From Yuukianura sp. NJ FZ-2021 (lineage: Eukaryota): a stretch of 64,000 bases of DNA. The DNA lies in NCBI GenBank assembly GCA_046563655.1, contig CM102290.1:3596001-3660000 (forward strand). The letters are read 5' to 3'. The notes under the pieces are model-generated. The model was given only the letters and a program-made list of their open reading frames with translations, made no database searches and was not told the origin of the DNA. A program made the position numbers and the translations under genes. Each line of letters begins with the position of its first letter. The first letter of the stretch is position 1. Below are positions 38,695 to 51,100 of this stretch, piece after piece.

Positions 38695-41600
38695 ATGAAC
38701 TTTTTAACACTTTTACTTTTTGTTTTGCTAAAATTCACTCTTGGAAATGATTACTTCACGTCTCCTGCTGCAATCCAAAAATTAATCAAAGGTAATCCAA
38801 AAAATTAAGTTCCTAAAAATGTTTCTAAAAATCTTAATTTTTAGTGGAACAGCAATTGCTGTCGGCACTTTCAGACTACGCTTCTATGCTGGAAAGGAGA
38901 ATGGAGAAAGTGAAAGAGTAAAAGTTTGTTTCTAACAAAACTATAAGCATTTTTTAATTCCTTAACATTTTTTTTATAACTTAAGCAGATATCTAAACGA
39001 TTACGAAGAAAGTGTTTTAAGCGGGAGAATTCAAAATAAAGATGTCGAAAACGGACTATGGGATTTGAACAACAATTTTGAACATATGCATGAACTAAGC
39101 GTCGAAGTGTCTTCACATCCTCTTAAGTCGTATCGTCTCATACGACGCTTCGTCGTCCAACTTCAAAATTTAGAACAAGATCTGGCTAATCAAGATGAAA
39201 AAAGTTGAGACACTTTATTTTATGAAAATTTTTAAAACAGCCAGAATTTCATTTTTAAGTTTTTACTTTTTTTTAGAATTACTAAACGTAATGGAAAAAA
39301 TTCGAAGAGGAATTCGATTTCCACAGACGCGGGACTTTGAAGGATCGATTGAAGGGCTCCTCAGAGTTCAAGATGCTTATGACCTCAATATCACCGAAGT
39401 AAAGCTTTTGAAACTAATCAAGTCTTTAATTTTTTTTTTGAAAAGTGTTTCGAAATTTTAAACGAGAGTCAGTTTGTTCTAAATATACTTTTTAAATTAG
39501 TTTACACAAGGAAGATTTCAAGGGCTAGAAACAAACTCTCCGCTAACAGCAAGCGACTGCTACCAAGTTGGAATGTACGCCTACGAAGCTCAGATTCACA
39601 CTCGATCCATTGTTGGTGACTTTTTGAAAAAAAGATTTGATTTTTCTATGTATTTTCAAAATTTCGAAATTCATTTACTCAGGAATGGCTTCAAAGGGCT
39701 TATATTCTTGTAACCCAAGAAAGTGATACAACGATGGACGCAGAAACAATCGGCAAAGCTCTCGAATCGGCCATTACTCAGGTTCATAATTCAAAATTTC
39801 TTTTCAAAAACTGAATTTTCAAAATTTCAAAAAACTGTTTTTGAATTTAGCATGATGAGGTACTAAACGAAGATCCAACTAACATCTACCTCCACCGCCA
39901 CCCTGTTGGTAGCCTTCCAGAACTTTTGTCACGTCCAGACGTTCGTTTAGAAAAAGTGGCTGATCAGCGTCAGTACGTTCTGTACAAAGAACAGGAAAAT
40001 ATCCACGACCTGTACAACTTTGCTGCTCTTTGTTCTGGAAAATCACTCCAGGTAACTTTTAACGAGCCAACTTTTTTGAAAGTTGAAATTCTAAAACGCC
40101 CCGGGGGACTTTTTAGCTCGAAAGTCAAAAGCGGCAGTTGAGCTGCTTTCGTCGGCCGACTGCTGGAGTTCCAATTCTAACCGAGAAAGTGGAAGTGTTG
40201 CACTCGAGTCCAGACGTTATTCAAGTCTACGATGTTCTGAGTGAAGCCACAATTAGCAAAATCCTTGAAGTGGCCACTCCGGTCATGATGAGGTCAAAAG
40301 TTCAAGGGGCAAGTTGGGAAGAGCAGCATTCCAATACTAGAACGTCCACTTCAGCGTGGATCCCGGAAGATGAAGGGCTAAGGGCTCTGTCCAGGAGAAT
40401 CCAAGGGCTCAGTGGCCTTGCCACTCAGGCTCCGAATGCAGCCGAGGATTTACAAATTTCGAGTTATGGCATAGGGGGTCACTACAATCCACATCTTGAT
40501 CTTCTATTCGAAGATGTAAGCCACTTTCAAAAAAAAATCTTACCTAACGTAACCTAGCTTAAAACGGATAGTTATCGCTTCTAATTGCAAGGAAGTAAAA
40601 AAAAATTAAACCTCGTAGTTGAAAAATTCAAAACTGGATTTGAAGATGCATTTGTTAGAGTGATTTTGAAAATTTTAAAATATTTTGTTTCGTGCTTAAA
40701 ATTTTGGGAGTAAAAGTAGGAGTTTAGGTCTTGGGAAAGCGGGTAATCTGAGTAAATACCCGGGTAGGTTTCTAATTAGTTTTGTGTTTTGTTCCAGTAT
40801 GTTCCTGGACCGGAGGAGCGTGTGAAGGGAGACCGAATTGCAACATTCCTGTTCTACGTAAGTTCCTTGTGCAACCTGACCATGGTGAATATCCACTTTG
40901 GATCCAATTAGTGACCTGGAGGGACCCCTCCCTTGGCTTGGATTTCTCATTCTAATAATTTCCTAATAAAGGAACTCTCTATATTAAATTCATAGTTGTC
41001 AGACGTACAGCGTGGAGGGGGAACGGCATTTCCAAGGCTTGGAGTTATTGCACAACCTGTGAAAGGATCAGCCATCTTCTGGTAATAACCAATCAAAAAC
41101 GTATTAGAAACAAAATCGGTTTCGAAAAAACAACTGTTTAAATGACAAAGACGACGAAACTTATGTATGAAATTAAAAATTTTAACAAACAGCACATAGG
41201 TTTGGGGAAAAAATTCGGACGATTTTTTTAATGGGTGAAATTTGAAATGAAAGTGAATGGGTGAAAGCTAAAAGGCTGCTTTTTTGCAGGTACAACTTAA
41301 GGCAGGATGGTACAACGGATCCATTGAGTTTACATGGAGGTAATACAAAACTTAGAAAAAAATTAATAACGACACAAAAATAATTGGCAACTTATCCACA
41401 ATTTGGGATAACTTTGATATTTAGTTACTTTCGGTTCCTTTTTTTCCAGGAAAGAGTCTTAATGACGATATGATATCCATCAACACATATTTAATTTCAA
41501 ATTAAACGAACATTTTTTTTTGAATTTTCAGGATGTCCTGTTCTATATGGAACTAAGCACGGTAATTTACTTGTTTTTTTTTTCAAACGAGAATTTTCAG

Positions 41601-41706
41601 AAATGTTTCAATGGAAAATTTTCGTTTTTGATTTTTAGTGGCAAATAAGTGGATTCGGGCCAATGCTCAATTCAAAACGAGAAAGTGTCCTAGAGATCTG
41701 AAATAA
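38695..41706 (+). CDS. P4HA: Collagen prolyl 4-hydroxylase alpha subunit
   Basis: About 13 exons. Signal peptide MNFLTLLLFVLLKFTLG then NDYFTS; HPLKSYRLIRRF; LLRVQDAYDLNI; catalytic domain AEDLQISSYGIGGHYNPHLD, GDRIATFLFYLSDVQRGGGTAF, KGSAIFWYNL, LHGGCPVLYGTKHVANKWIR (HxD...H triad and 2-oxoglutarate-binding Lys). Confidence 0.92.
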
Positions 41707-42094
41707 ATTGAAAATTGTGAAAAATTGTACTTTCGAAATCGGTGTCTTGTTTACTGTAACTTCAGCAATTGGTGAAAGTTGACGTTTTTTTTTCTTTTTG
41801 GAGAATTTTTTAAAACTGATTTTTCATGAAATTAAAAAACAACAAGTTTTGAAATTTTGTAAGCATCATGGCAACGCATTTGGCTTCTGCGCAGCTCGGC
41901 GTTCTTTGTTTGAACATTTGAAAGAGAAAGTCACACGACAACGACGGATTTCCATTCAGTTCAGTTTTAGGCTCCGACGAGAGCAGACGTCTTTTCACTT
42001 TCCTCTCCAATTTTGTTCTAAACTTTTTGAATTTGAAACTTTTCCAAAATTTACAAGTAAAACTTTTCTGAACCATTTGGAAACTGAATTCAAG

Positions 42095-43167
42095 ATGCCA
42101 CGCAAGTGTCTCTTTGACGTCGTCTCGTCCAACCAAGTCCGGGAAACCATCAACATGGAAGCCAGAGCACGAGAGCACTGGTATTTTTTTCTAAATTTAC
42201 AATTAGTTTAATTAAAATTAAACTAAACTAATTAGTTTTTATACTTTTAGGTTCAAGCACAACAAGGATCTCATCTGGTGCAACAACATTGGTCCGATCC
42301 AAGGTCGAATCATTGCCATTTGCGAGGACAAGCAAGAGTAAGTACATTTATGTTTTGATCCGTGACCTTTGACCTCAACATTTTGTTTTCAGATTGGCTC
42401 GCAAGTTGATGGACAGTCAAGACGAGTACTTCAAGTTCTGCAAACCACCGCCGAAGCAATGTCCAAATCAACTCGTGCTTCAAATTGGCCCTGATCCGTG
42501 TGACGAATGCTACCAAGATCCGACCATCCCAATGCGCACGCCTCCAGACGAACAACGGGCACTTCTCTTCGAAGGTTTGTTCAAAACAAAGTAGTTTTTT
42601 AAATAAAGTGTTTAGAACAAGGACAATAGAGCTGAAGGAATAGAAGTAGAACATCCTATTGATTTTTCATAACTTATATAAGGAATTGAGGTGAAGGGAA
42701 ATCATAATTTTCGACTAATCATCTCGATTGTTCTCTCAGAAAAGTTTTTGTTCCAAAAGTGTCTCCAAAGAGGTTTCCAAACAACCAAAACTTTCTCCTT
42801 TTCATCCATAATTTACCAAAAAACTAAGTTTTCAATTCAAACTTAGTCATTAGCTAACTAACCCAAATTATTTTTGAATGGTTTTGATTCAGTAATTTTC
42901 TTTGAATCTTTAGGACACAGTAGTGAAGGTCGTGGAACCTATGGCTACCTCAAGGATCGCTACAATTGCGGCCTTCCAGAAACGAAATTTTGTCGTCCGC
43001 CAACCACCAACTCCGAATATGCTTGGAAACTACTGGAAACTGTTCGAAACAATACGCCAAGTTGCTGTGCTCCAGGAGCAATCACGCGCAAGAGCACGAT
43101 TGGTTCGTTCTACCGCTCCCGCGGAGTTCTCTGTCAAGCGGACTTTGCTCCTTTCCACTTTCCTTGA
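42095..43167 (+). CDS. SPMIP1/ATP6V1FNB-like sperm microtubule inner protein
   Basis: Exons 42095-42180, 42251-42337, 42393-42574 and 42914-43167. ALLFEGHSSEGRGTYGYLKDR...PETKFCRPPTTNSEYAWKL...SFYRSRG resembles the recalled ATP6V1FNB pattern LLYEGIS..QGRY.YL..R....PE..Y.FP.TTS..YGW.L...SFFRKNG. Confidence 0.7.
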
Positions 43168-44130
43168 ACTTCCGACCTCTTCCGAATCATAACGAACTTC
43201 ATTTCCGAAAAACTACATTTTAAAAATCTCAAAATTTCAAAATATTTCAATACGTATTAGTACACCCACCCTCTCTCTCAAACTACTGCGTCTTTAGCAA
43301 CCTTTGCCGTCTAATTAAATAAATTTACTCGTCAGGTTATGAAAACTTTAGAAATGGTAAGTTTTTGTAATATATTTTAGTTAAAAGTGTTTCAATTGTA
43401 TATTTTTAAGAATACATTTAAAAAGTTTCTAACTTTTTCGAAATTGCTTGCATATTTGAGTTGGGCTACTTTGCAATGTAGTTGAAACGTTCCTTTGAAA
43501 AGTTCCCCTTATCTGCTACCTCCGTCCTTTAAAAAAATCAACGCTGTTTATTGAAAACAACCAAAAGACGTAAGGAATGTAATTATTTTAATTATTATAT
43601 ATATAAATGTTTAAACTTTTGTCGTTTTATGAATAAAATTAAATTGGTAATTGAAAACATTAAAGAAAATAACTTGCCCAGTACAGCATCAATACTCCCG
43701 AGGTGAGAATTGCTATCGTGCGTGAAATTTAGATAAACCAATTGCAATTTTGAATAAGGTGTTAAAACTTAGCGTTGATTGTCGTTAATTCAGACGTAAA
43801 TTAATTGTATACTCGATTGATATTCAGAGTATGTGACATTTGTTCATGACCCCAACTAAAGGTGTTTCCAGGTTTTTGCAATAGTAAGTTAATCACTTAT
43901 TAATCTTTGTCGAATATGATACGTTCGTTTGCTATTTTTTTTTATAGTTCCGGTTCCGGTCCCGGTCGGTATCCACTCCAATTCGGAACACCGGAATCCG
44001 GTTCTGGAAAAGTTGTTCTATTAAGAATGTTTACGCTAGTTTGAATTAAGACTCTTTTTTTACAGGCTCAATTGCGAACGTTAAAGCAATCATCGTCCCC
44101 GTGAGATCCAAATATTCTACACTGCAAATT

Positions 44131-46227
44131 ATGGACAGTACACACGGAGAAGCTGAAGAAATTGTTGCAAATCAGATCCCGGAACCGTCCCAGATTCCGC
44201 AGATTGGCATGCGGAGACCGATGAAGATTAGGCGTAGAAGACAACAGAAACCGGTTATTGACAGGGACAAAATGATTCCAGTTGCTAAGTACAAAGATCA
44301 GCTAATCAACACCAGCGATACTTTACGTCAATTTGACCCTGCCCCACGAAGTAAACGAGCCATGTATCTAACAGCTTATGAAAGTGTGGGCAAGCTGTTC
44401 TCTAGTCCAGGTTAGAAGTGATTTAGTTTTCTACCTGCATGAAACTGCAGTAATCCTCAATTTTTTGCCTATATGATTTATTGTTGAACTTTATTTACTT
44501 CTTTTAGGGCGGAATATTCCAAGTCCCCTGATATCTACGTTTTTCTACCGGTGTTTGACGCTGAAGACGGAGCTTCAACCTGAAGTAGAAATTGACAAAA
44601 ACGGTTTCCTTTACTTGCCTCCTTTAGATCCGGAATTACGTAAGTACTTTAGCATTGTGTCGATTTGGATTTTTGTAAATCATGTCTTTACCTACCTAGG
44701 ATGTACAAACAAGGTTCCGATTTATTCTGAGGAGTCTGTCATCGACATGGACAAACGTAATGACCATTCTATTTCCCTGAATTATAATTTTGAGAACACA
44801 GTATTTATCGTTTTCTTACGCTTCACAGCCTCTACTGTCACCAAACATGCAGATTCGTTTGATAGACTAGTTCATGGGATGTGCAAGCACAGAGTAAGTT
44901 TGTTTTTATATAAGTAGTAGCAGAATTTATGAGGTTTCTTAGCTTGTGCTTTACTAATTTTAATTTTTAGAACAGTAAGGCTGCAGGGCTTACACAAAAA
45001 CGACGTAAGAGTCTCCAGATTGCTCAATCACTTCTAGCTACGCACAGTGCTTCCTGTCCTCCACCTCGTGTAAACGATATTGTGCTGCCTGAAGTATCGG
45101 AACAACTCAAAATTGAAGTTGACCCGGCCGACATAACTCAAGATAATACCACGATAGAATTCAAAATTGAAATTGACTCCGTTTGTATACCCGACGTCAG
45201 CAAACCGGTAGAACCCCAAATCGAAGTTGATCATTGTGATATGTCTCACGATGAGCCACAGCGAGTCTTTGAGCCAGCACCGTTGACTGCGGCTTCCGAA
45301 GTCCACGACCCTCCCATGGCCTCCGATGTTGAATTTCCGGAGCCTCGTGCCTTTCAACAACACTGTCCATCTCAACTGGTAGTTGAACAAAAGCAATCTG
45401 TGATGGAAGATCCAAATTGCACAACCATACAGAAATCTGAATTTTCCATGTCTGAAGAAAACGACCACGACACGTACGATTCAAAAAATGTTTTGCCTAT
45501 GTGCCAAGAAGCAAAAGTAGAACAACTTGCACCAGCACTTGATATGGCCGAAATGCACGAGGGTGAGAATGAGAGCTTATCAGAACAGGAGTTAGTACAA
45601 GACAATTCAGAACAATTTTTTGCTGAAGAAATATTACCAGACGTTCCCAACGACGATCCGTACAGCACAAGCGAGCAAATGTTACCATCTGATTTACATC
45701 ACCGAAGTCCTGCTGAGCAGTACAACCCTACTGAAATGATGACACGAGAGCATCCAGAGAACTTCCTAACTGAAATCTTGTCTTTGTCGCCTGGTCAATC
45801 TCACCAACCTCTATCTGAAGACTACTACGACTGCATCCAGGAACCATTGTCTCACGAAGAAATTTTATCCACCGATGGTGAATCGCTATCAACTGAAGAG
45901 TACTACGAGGTCAACCAGCCTCTCTTGCACCATGGCTTGACAAAAGAAGCGTTCGCAACTGACTTGAACTTCAGTCCGAAACAAGAAGATTCCAGCCAAC
46001 ATTTTGTCAATGGGAAAACTGAGACAGTTCTCATTGGGCATCATGATAATGAAGACGACTCTGTCACTATTTATGACGTTCCTGTTACAAGCGACTCGCT
46101 TCCACGCGGCAGTGTTCTATACTACGCTGCTGCTACCGGTCGTGATGTAACACTGCTCGGCAATACTCCTGGTCCTTCTCGTCCATCTTCTGGTCCTCCT
46201 GGTCAATTTTACGTCTATATACCATGA
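44131..46227 (+). CDS. ~596-aa acidic, low-complexity protein with an N-terminal RAD21-like STAG/SA-binding segment
   Basis: Exons 44131-44410, 44508-44639, 44700-44756, 44829-44893 and 44971-46227 total 597 codons in frame. KPVIDRDKMI..KYKDQLINTSDTLRQFDPAPRSKRAM......VGKLFSSPGRNIPSPLISTFFYRCLT aligns with the RAD21 central motif [35 protein letters not shown]......VEKLFSLPAQPL....LLKLFTRCLT. Confidence 0.75.
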
Positions 46228-47048
46228 AGTTACGTCATAAGTAGTTTCGTTAGTTGAGTTCTTATTCAACATTTTAGAATGAAAAAGTTAAAATACGATC
46301 AGAGTATTTTAGCTAACCTAACATTTTTCAAAGAAGTTTGCGCCGCAGAAGGTAAATGAGCAATCCATCCAATTTATTGGTAGCTGAACAGAGTTAACAG
46401 TTCCATTTTAGTTAATTGTTTAAGTATTAAACTAGTTAGCCACCTTCCTTTACCGTAAACTCAGAATTTTTTGTAAGTTCTTTGGAACAGTTTTAAATCT
46501 ATTAGATTAAGAAGTCCTAACAATCTATGCCAACTGTGTTTAGTTAAATGGAATTTTATTTCTATTATAGTTAGTTAAAATTGATGGTGTTATGGACTGC
46601 AGAAAAAGTTCCAGCAGTTAACTTTTAAAGAAATTCTATTTAACCTAAGTTTTTTAATTGATAATCATCAATAAACAACAATATAAATAACAATTAGATA
46701 ACAATTTAGTCGAATATTTCTTTTTGTTCATGTGACCAAAGTTAAATATTACGACCAATGGGCTGGCTTTGTGTGTTAAGTGGTGAACAGTTGCATAAAG
46801 GTATGGATATGGACCTAATTCTTTGTTTTTATCTATAGTTAGTTAATTTGAAACAGGAGATAACGAATATTTTTTTGTCAATTTCAGCTGATGGTGACAA
46901 CAAACGATTTGACAACGTTATATATTTTTGTTTTACAAAAGAATCACACATTTTATCTGGTCTGTGTCAACGGCAAAACAATAACATGGGAAATATGGAT
47001 CGCTGAAATGTTTTTTTCCTTAAAGCGCATAAATTTTTCTGTTTCGCT

Positions 47049-47197
47049 TCATTAGCGCGAAAAGTTGGCAACACTGAATCTTCATTCCAATGAAATCTAA
47101 CCACCCGTTTACAAACCTAACGAAACTCCCATAAGGTTTGCTTCCAATGTTGCCAGCTCGCTGAATTCGCCTTTATTGTTTTCGCGGTAATGACCTA
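47049..47197. repeat. Second, internally deleted copy of the 27126-27298 palindromic element
   Basis: TCATTAGCGCGAAAAGTTGGCAACACTGAA ... GCTGAATTCGCCTTTATTGTTTTCGCGGTAATGACCT. Confidence 0.6.
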
Positions 47198-48169
47198 CGA
47201 AATTTTCTTACTTTTGACTTATATCAGAACGTAAACTTTGTTTTCTGGACAACTTTTTAGAGGAAATGAGGTACGTTAATTTTTTTTTAAACATTCACAA
47301 CTCTAAGTTTAAAAATTTTGAAGATGTTGTTACGAATATTTGCGTCTTATCCTCTTTAGGATAAATACTTTAGGTTTAACTTTGTTTGAAAAGTTTTTGC
47401 TTTGCTAGGGATTGCTAAGTTAAAACCTTTAACGCTGAATTGCTTGGATTTTTTCCGTTCCTTAAACTTATTTTTTTAATACTCGTAAACTGTTTAACTG
47501 CATTACCAATCAGAGTCTGTAATTAAGGCAAAAGGGTTTAGTTAATTAATATAACAAAGTTAAATTGTGCAAAGTAAAATTTTTTGGAGTGAGCATTTTT
47601 TAAAATTCTTGAACTTTATGACAAATACACAATTATTTTTAACTTAGAGGGGGACATGGGGGCGGGGAAAAGAGAAGATGAAGAAGTTTTTGTTGTTAAT
47701 TGTTTTCAAAACAAAAGGATTTAAAATTTCCTTCTCAAAAGTCTTGTTTTAAAGAAGCATTTTTTAATATTGTCATCATTCGTAAGAAATTGTTCAAATG
47801 ATGGCGGGCGAAACGTTTTTTTTTCGTCGAAGCGGGAGAATTAAAGGCTAGCGTTTTTTCATCATTACTGCCGAGAGCGCCTACCTGGGCGAACACTTTT
47901 GCTAGTAATTATTAAATTGACATTAGTTAGCTTTTTTTTTCTTTGTATTAAATAATTTCTTTAAAGAAGAGATGAGAGGTTAAAGGTTAAGACAACATTA
48001 GTTTAGTTATGATATTAGTTTTGAGAAATGTCTAAGAAGTCCAATGTCGCCTGTCTCTTTGTTCCGTTTTTAACATTTTTTCATCTTTGTTTGCAGGTTT
48101 GGAAAAAGCTGACTTGATGGAGTCGATTCTGGTCGGCTTAGTTGGACTTGTCTAGAAATCTCTTAGAAA

Positions 48170-51100
48170 TTAGAACCACGATCCACTTCCAAGTTTTGAA
48201 GTGAGACCGCCTAGCCCTTTGCCGACGACATTTCCGACTTTTCCGACTACGCTCGAAGAAGCTGTCGTTAGTTTGGATACAAAATTGGCACCATCTTCCC
48301 CTACGGCTTCTCTCGCAGTTACTTTTGGCTTCCGATCGGTTTCGTCTTCTCCGCCATCAACATAAGCCCTGAAGGTCAAAAGGTCAACGTTACTTATCAT
48401 AATATTGTTTGTTATTTGTTATAATATGAAAATTGTTGGAATTAGTATCAAGTTACCCGTCGTCGTCTCCTCGAGTACCCATTAGGGAACAGGTCGCTTC
48501 TTCTGTGGTCATTCGATTTGATACGGTTTGATAGGCCTTGCTGTTCAACTTCTCCTCCATGACGCCTTGAAGCTCGAAATCCGAATACAGTTTCTGCCGA
48601 AGTCAAATTGGTGGTGAGTTGAAGTACCCAGGACCCTTAGCTTGACCTAAAGACTTACCCGAACAATATGGACGAGACAAGTACACTGGTAAGGATGCAA
48701 GGAATGGTCCAACCTCTCCGATAACCAACTACATAAACTCTGCATCTGAAGTGTATACCATAACTGCAAAAAAAGGAAGCCAAAAGTTAGTTGAATTCAT
48801 CCTTGTGAAATATGTTTTAAAAATGTTTACCTCAAAAAAGTTTATTATCCACAGGTCGTCCGTGACCTTTGTGCGGATTTGATCCATGCAGTTTCGAGTG
48901 AAGTTGACATAGGCCTGTCCCAACTCCCGTCCAGAACCGGATACGTTTTGCTGAAAACACAAATTCCGAGATTCAACCACTACCCGCGTAAAATTCATAC
49001 GAAGTTAGACCTACCGTGAAGCTTAGGAGTGAACCAATAAGGCTCCCTTCGTCATACCGAGACAACTTGGACAGGGTACTGTCAAGAACGGACATCAACT
49101 TTGACGTCAGTCCCTGCGTCATTCCTGTCAGGGCCTTGTCAATCAGGTCATCAATTTTGGTATGGTACTGATGCTGAAAAACAACATTTCATATGTTAGT
49201 TTTATTATGTAGCGTAAGCTACTTATTGATTTGATCTTGTCTGTCTGTCTGTCCGTCTCCGGCAATTATCTCGGAAACGGCTCTTTCCGAAATCTGTCTT
49301 TGGCGGTGGACACCTAGTAACCCGATGATGCTCACTACTGAATATCATCTCAGTGGGTCAACTCCTTCCAGGTCAAAGGTCAAGGTCAACCGGTTTGATT
49401 GTCGGTAACATAGAAAATGACCTCTTCAAAAATTGTTCGTCTCATAGAGACCAACAACTTTTGCGAAAATCACATGACCCGTAGTGACCTCTTGCGGGTT
49501 CAAGGTAAACTTTTTTTCTTGCGCTACTTTTGTATATTCCGATTTATTCTAAATGAAAACGGAGAGCAGAATTTTGAAAAGAGGGGATTCTTACGACATC
49601 TACTCCGTCAACGGCACAAAGTTTGAGAGACTGGTTCTTGGCGTCGAGAATAACGTTGATCATGGCACACATTTCCGTTGGGATGTTGTAGTCAGTGGAG
49701 ATGAAGGTGACGCCCTTCTTGATCCACTGCTGGTAACTCGTGTCTGTCCTCTGAATGCAGGACTCAATCATATCACAGGCCATTAACTTCAGACGCTGTT
49801 CCAAGTGACAGCCAAACTCGGCACTAGGCCAGTGGAGGTCACGGATAAACGCTTGGAGAGCGTCCAACTTCCAAAACAGGTCATCCGACGTTCCACATCC
49901 ATTGCTACAACGAAACCAAAAGAAAAATTAATGTCTTTTTGAAATTTCCCAGCGTTAACAATGACTCAGAAGGAGGTCACTGGAGCATCCCTTACCCCTT
50001 TAGCTCCCAGCGTTCCTTTTCAAATCCCTTGTGAATGGATTGAGCGATTGAGGATTCCATGAGGTCCACGTATCGTACGACGAGCGGCGCAAAAGTGGAC
50101 TGCAAATGTTGATGAAACCTCCCATTTTTCAAGTTGTCTGGAACATAAACTGATGTGAATCATCCGTGACCTTTGACCTTTGACCTTGACCTTACCGTCA
50201 GTACGAAGGTAGTCGTTGAGGATTTGAAAGAGCGGAAAAGCATCCCATGTGTCTGGCGGTTGTTCGGCTAGAACTTGGTCCATGTCCACGGCAAAAAGTG
50301 ACCAAAAGATTTCAGCATGCTCCACTAGCAGATCACTGAACCATGCGAATGCCTGGAAAGTCAGAGCAGAGCAAAGGTCAAACGGTTAACATTTCCAAAA
50401 AAAATTTAAGCGAATGGCTTTAACTTTCAAAATTTAAAAAAATTTAATAAGAGAGAAAGAGAAAAGAGGCTGCTAAATTTGTTAAACTGCTAAAATTTGT
50501 AATTTCCTGGTCGCTTCCAAGAAAATTTGCAGAATCAATACAAAATTTTGATGCAGTCAAGGTTTCTTTGTTTACGTATTTTCTTGAGGTAGTTTATATA
50601 CATTAATTGATGTAATTAAAGTTGAACTTTTTCATACTTTCATTATGAAAATGTAGTAAACAAAGTGACCACTACGCAATAAAGTAAATATGTCTTAAGA
50701 AACTACACTTCTAAAAAACTGAGACTAGAAATCATTGAATTCTTTGCTTTTACAACTGTCGTGTGATTTAACGTAAAAGAAAGCGGCGCCAGGAAGCCGT
50801 GCTTGTGCGAAGGCCTCTAAAAATCGTAGTTTTTTTTTCATTGTAATTTAAGAAAACAAATTCTCAAAGAATTAGAAAAAACAGAAGCTCGAAAGTCGAA
50901 AAACACTGCATAACAAAACCGCTAGGTTGTAAGGAGTTTAAGGGTGTTAAATTTCATGTGAAAAGTAGTTGATAAATATTGCTCGTAAACGTTTAGTTTC
51001 CAAATTTTCACAACTTTGCTAACTTTCGGATTTTTGAATTTTGGAGCACAGTTTACTAAAAAAACGTATTTTTTTTTACTGTAAATTAGATGAGTTTTTG

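Noticed and set aside
45034..45688. Minus-strand ORFs of 63-144 aa
   Set aside because: Antisense shadows of the long plus-strand exon 44971-46227.
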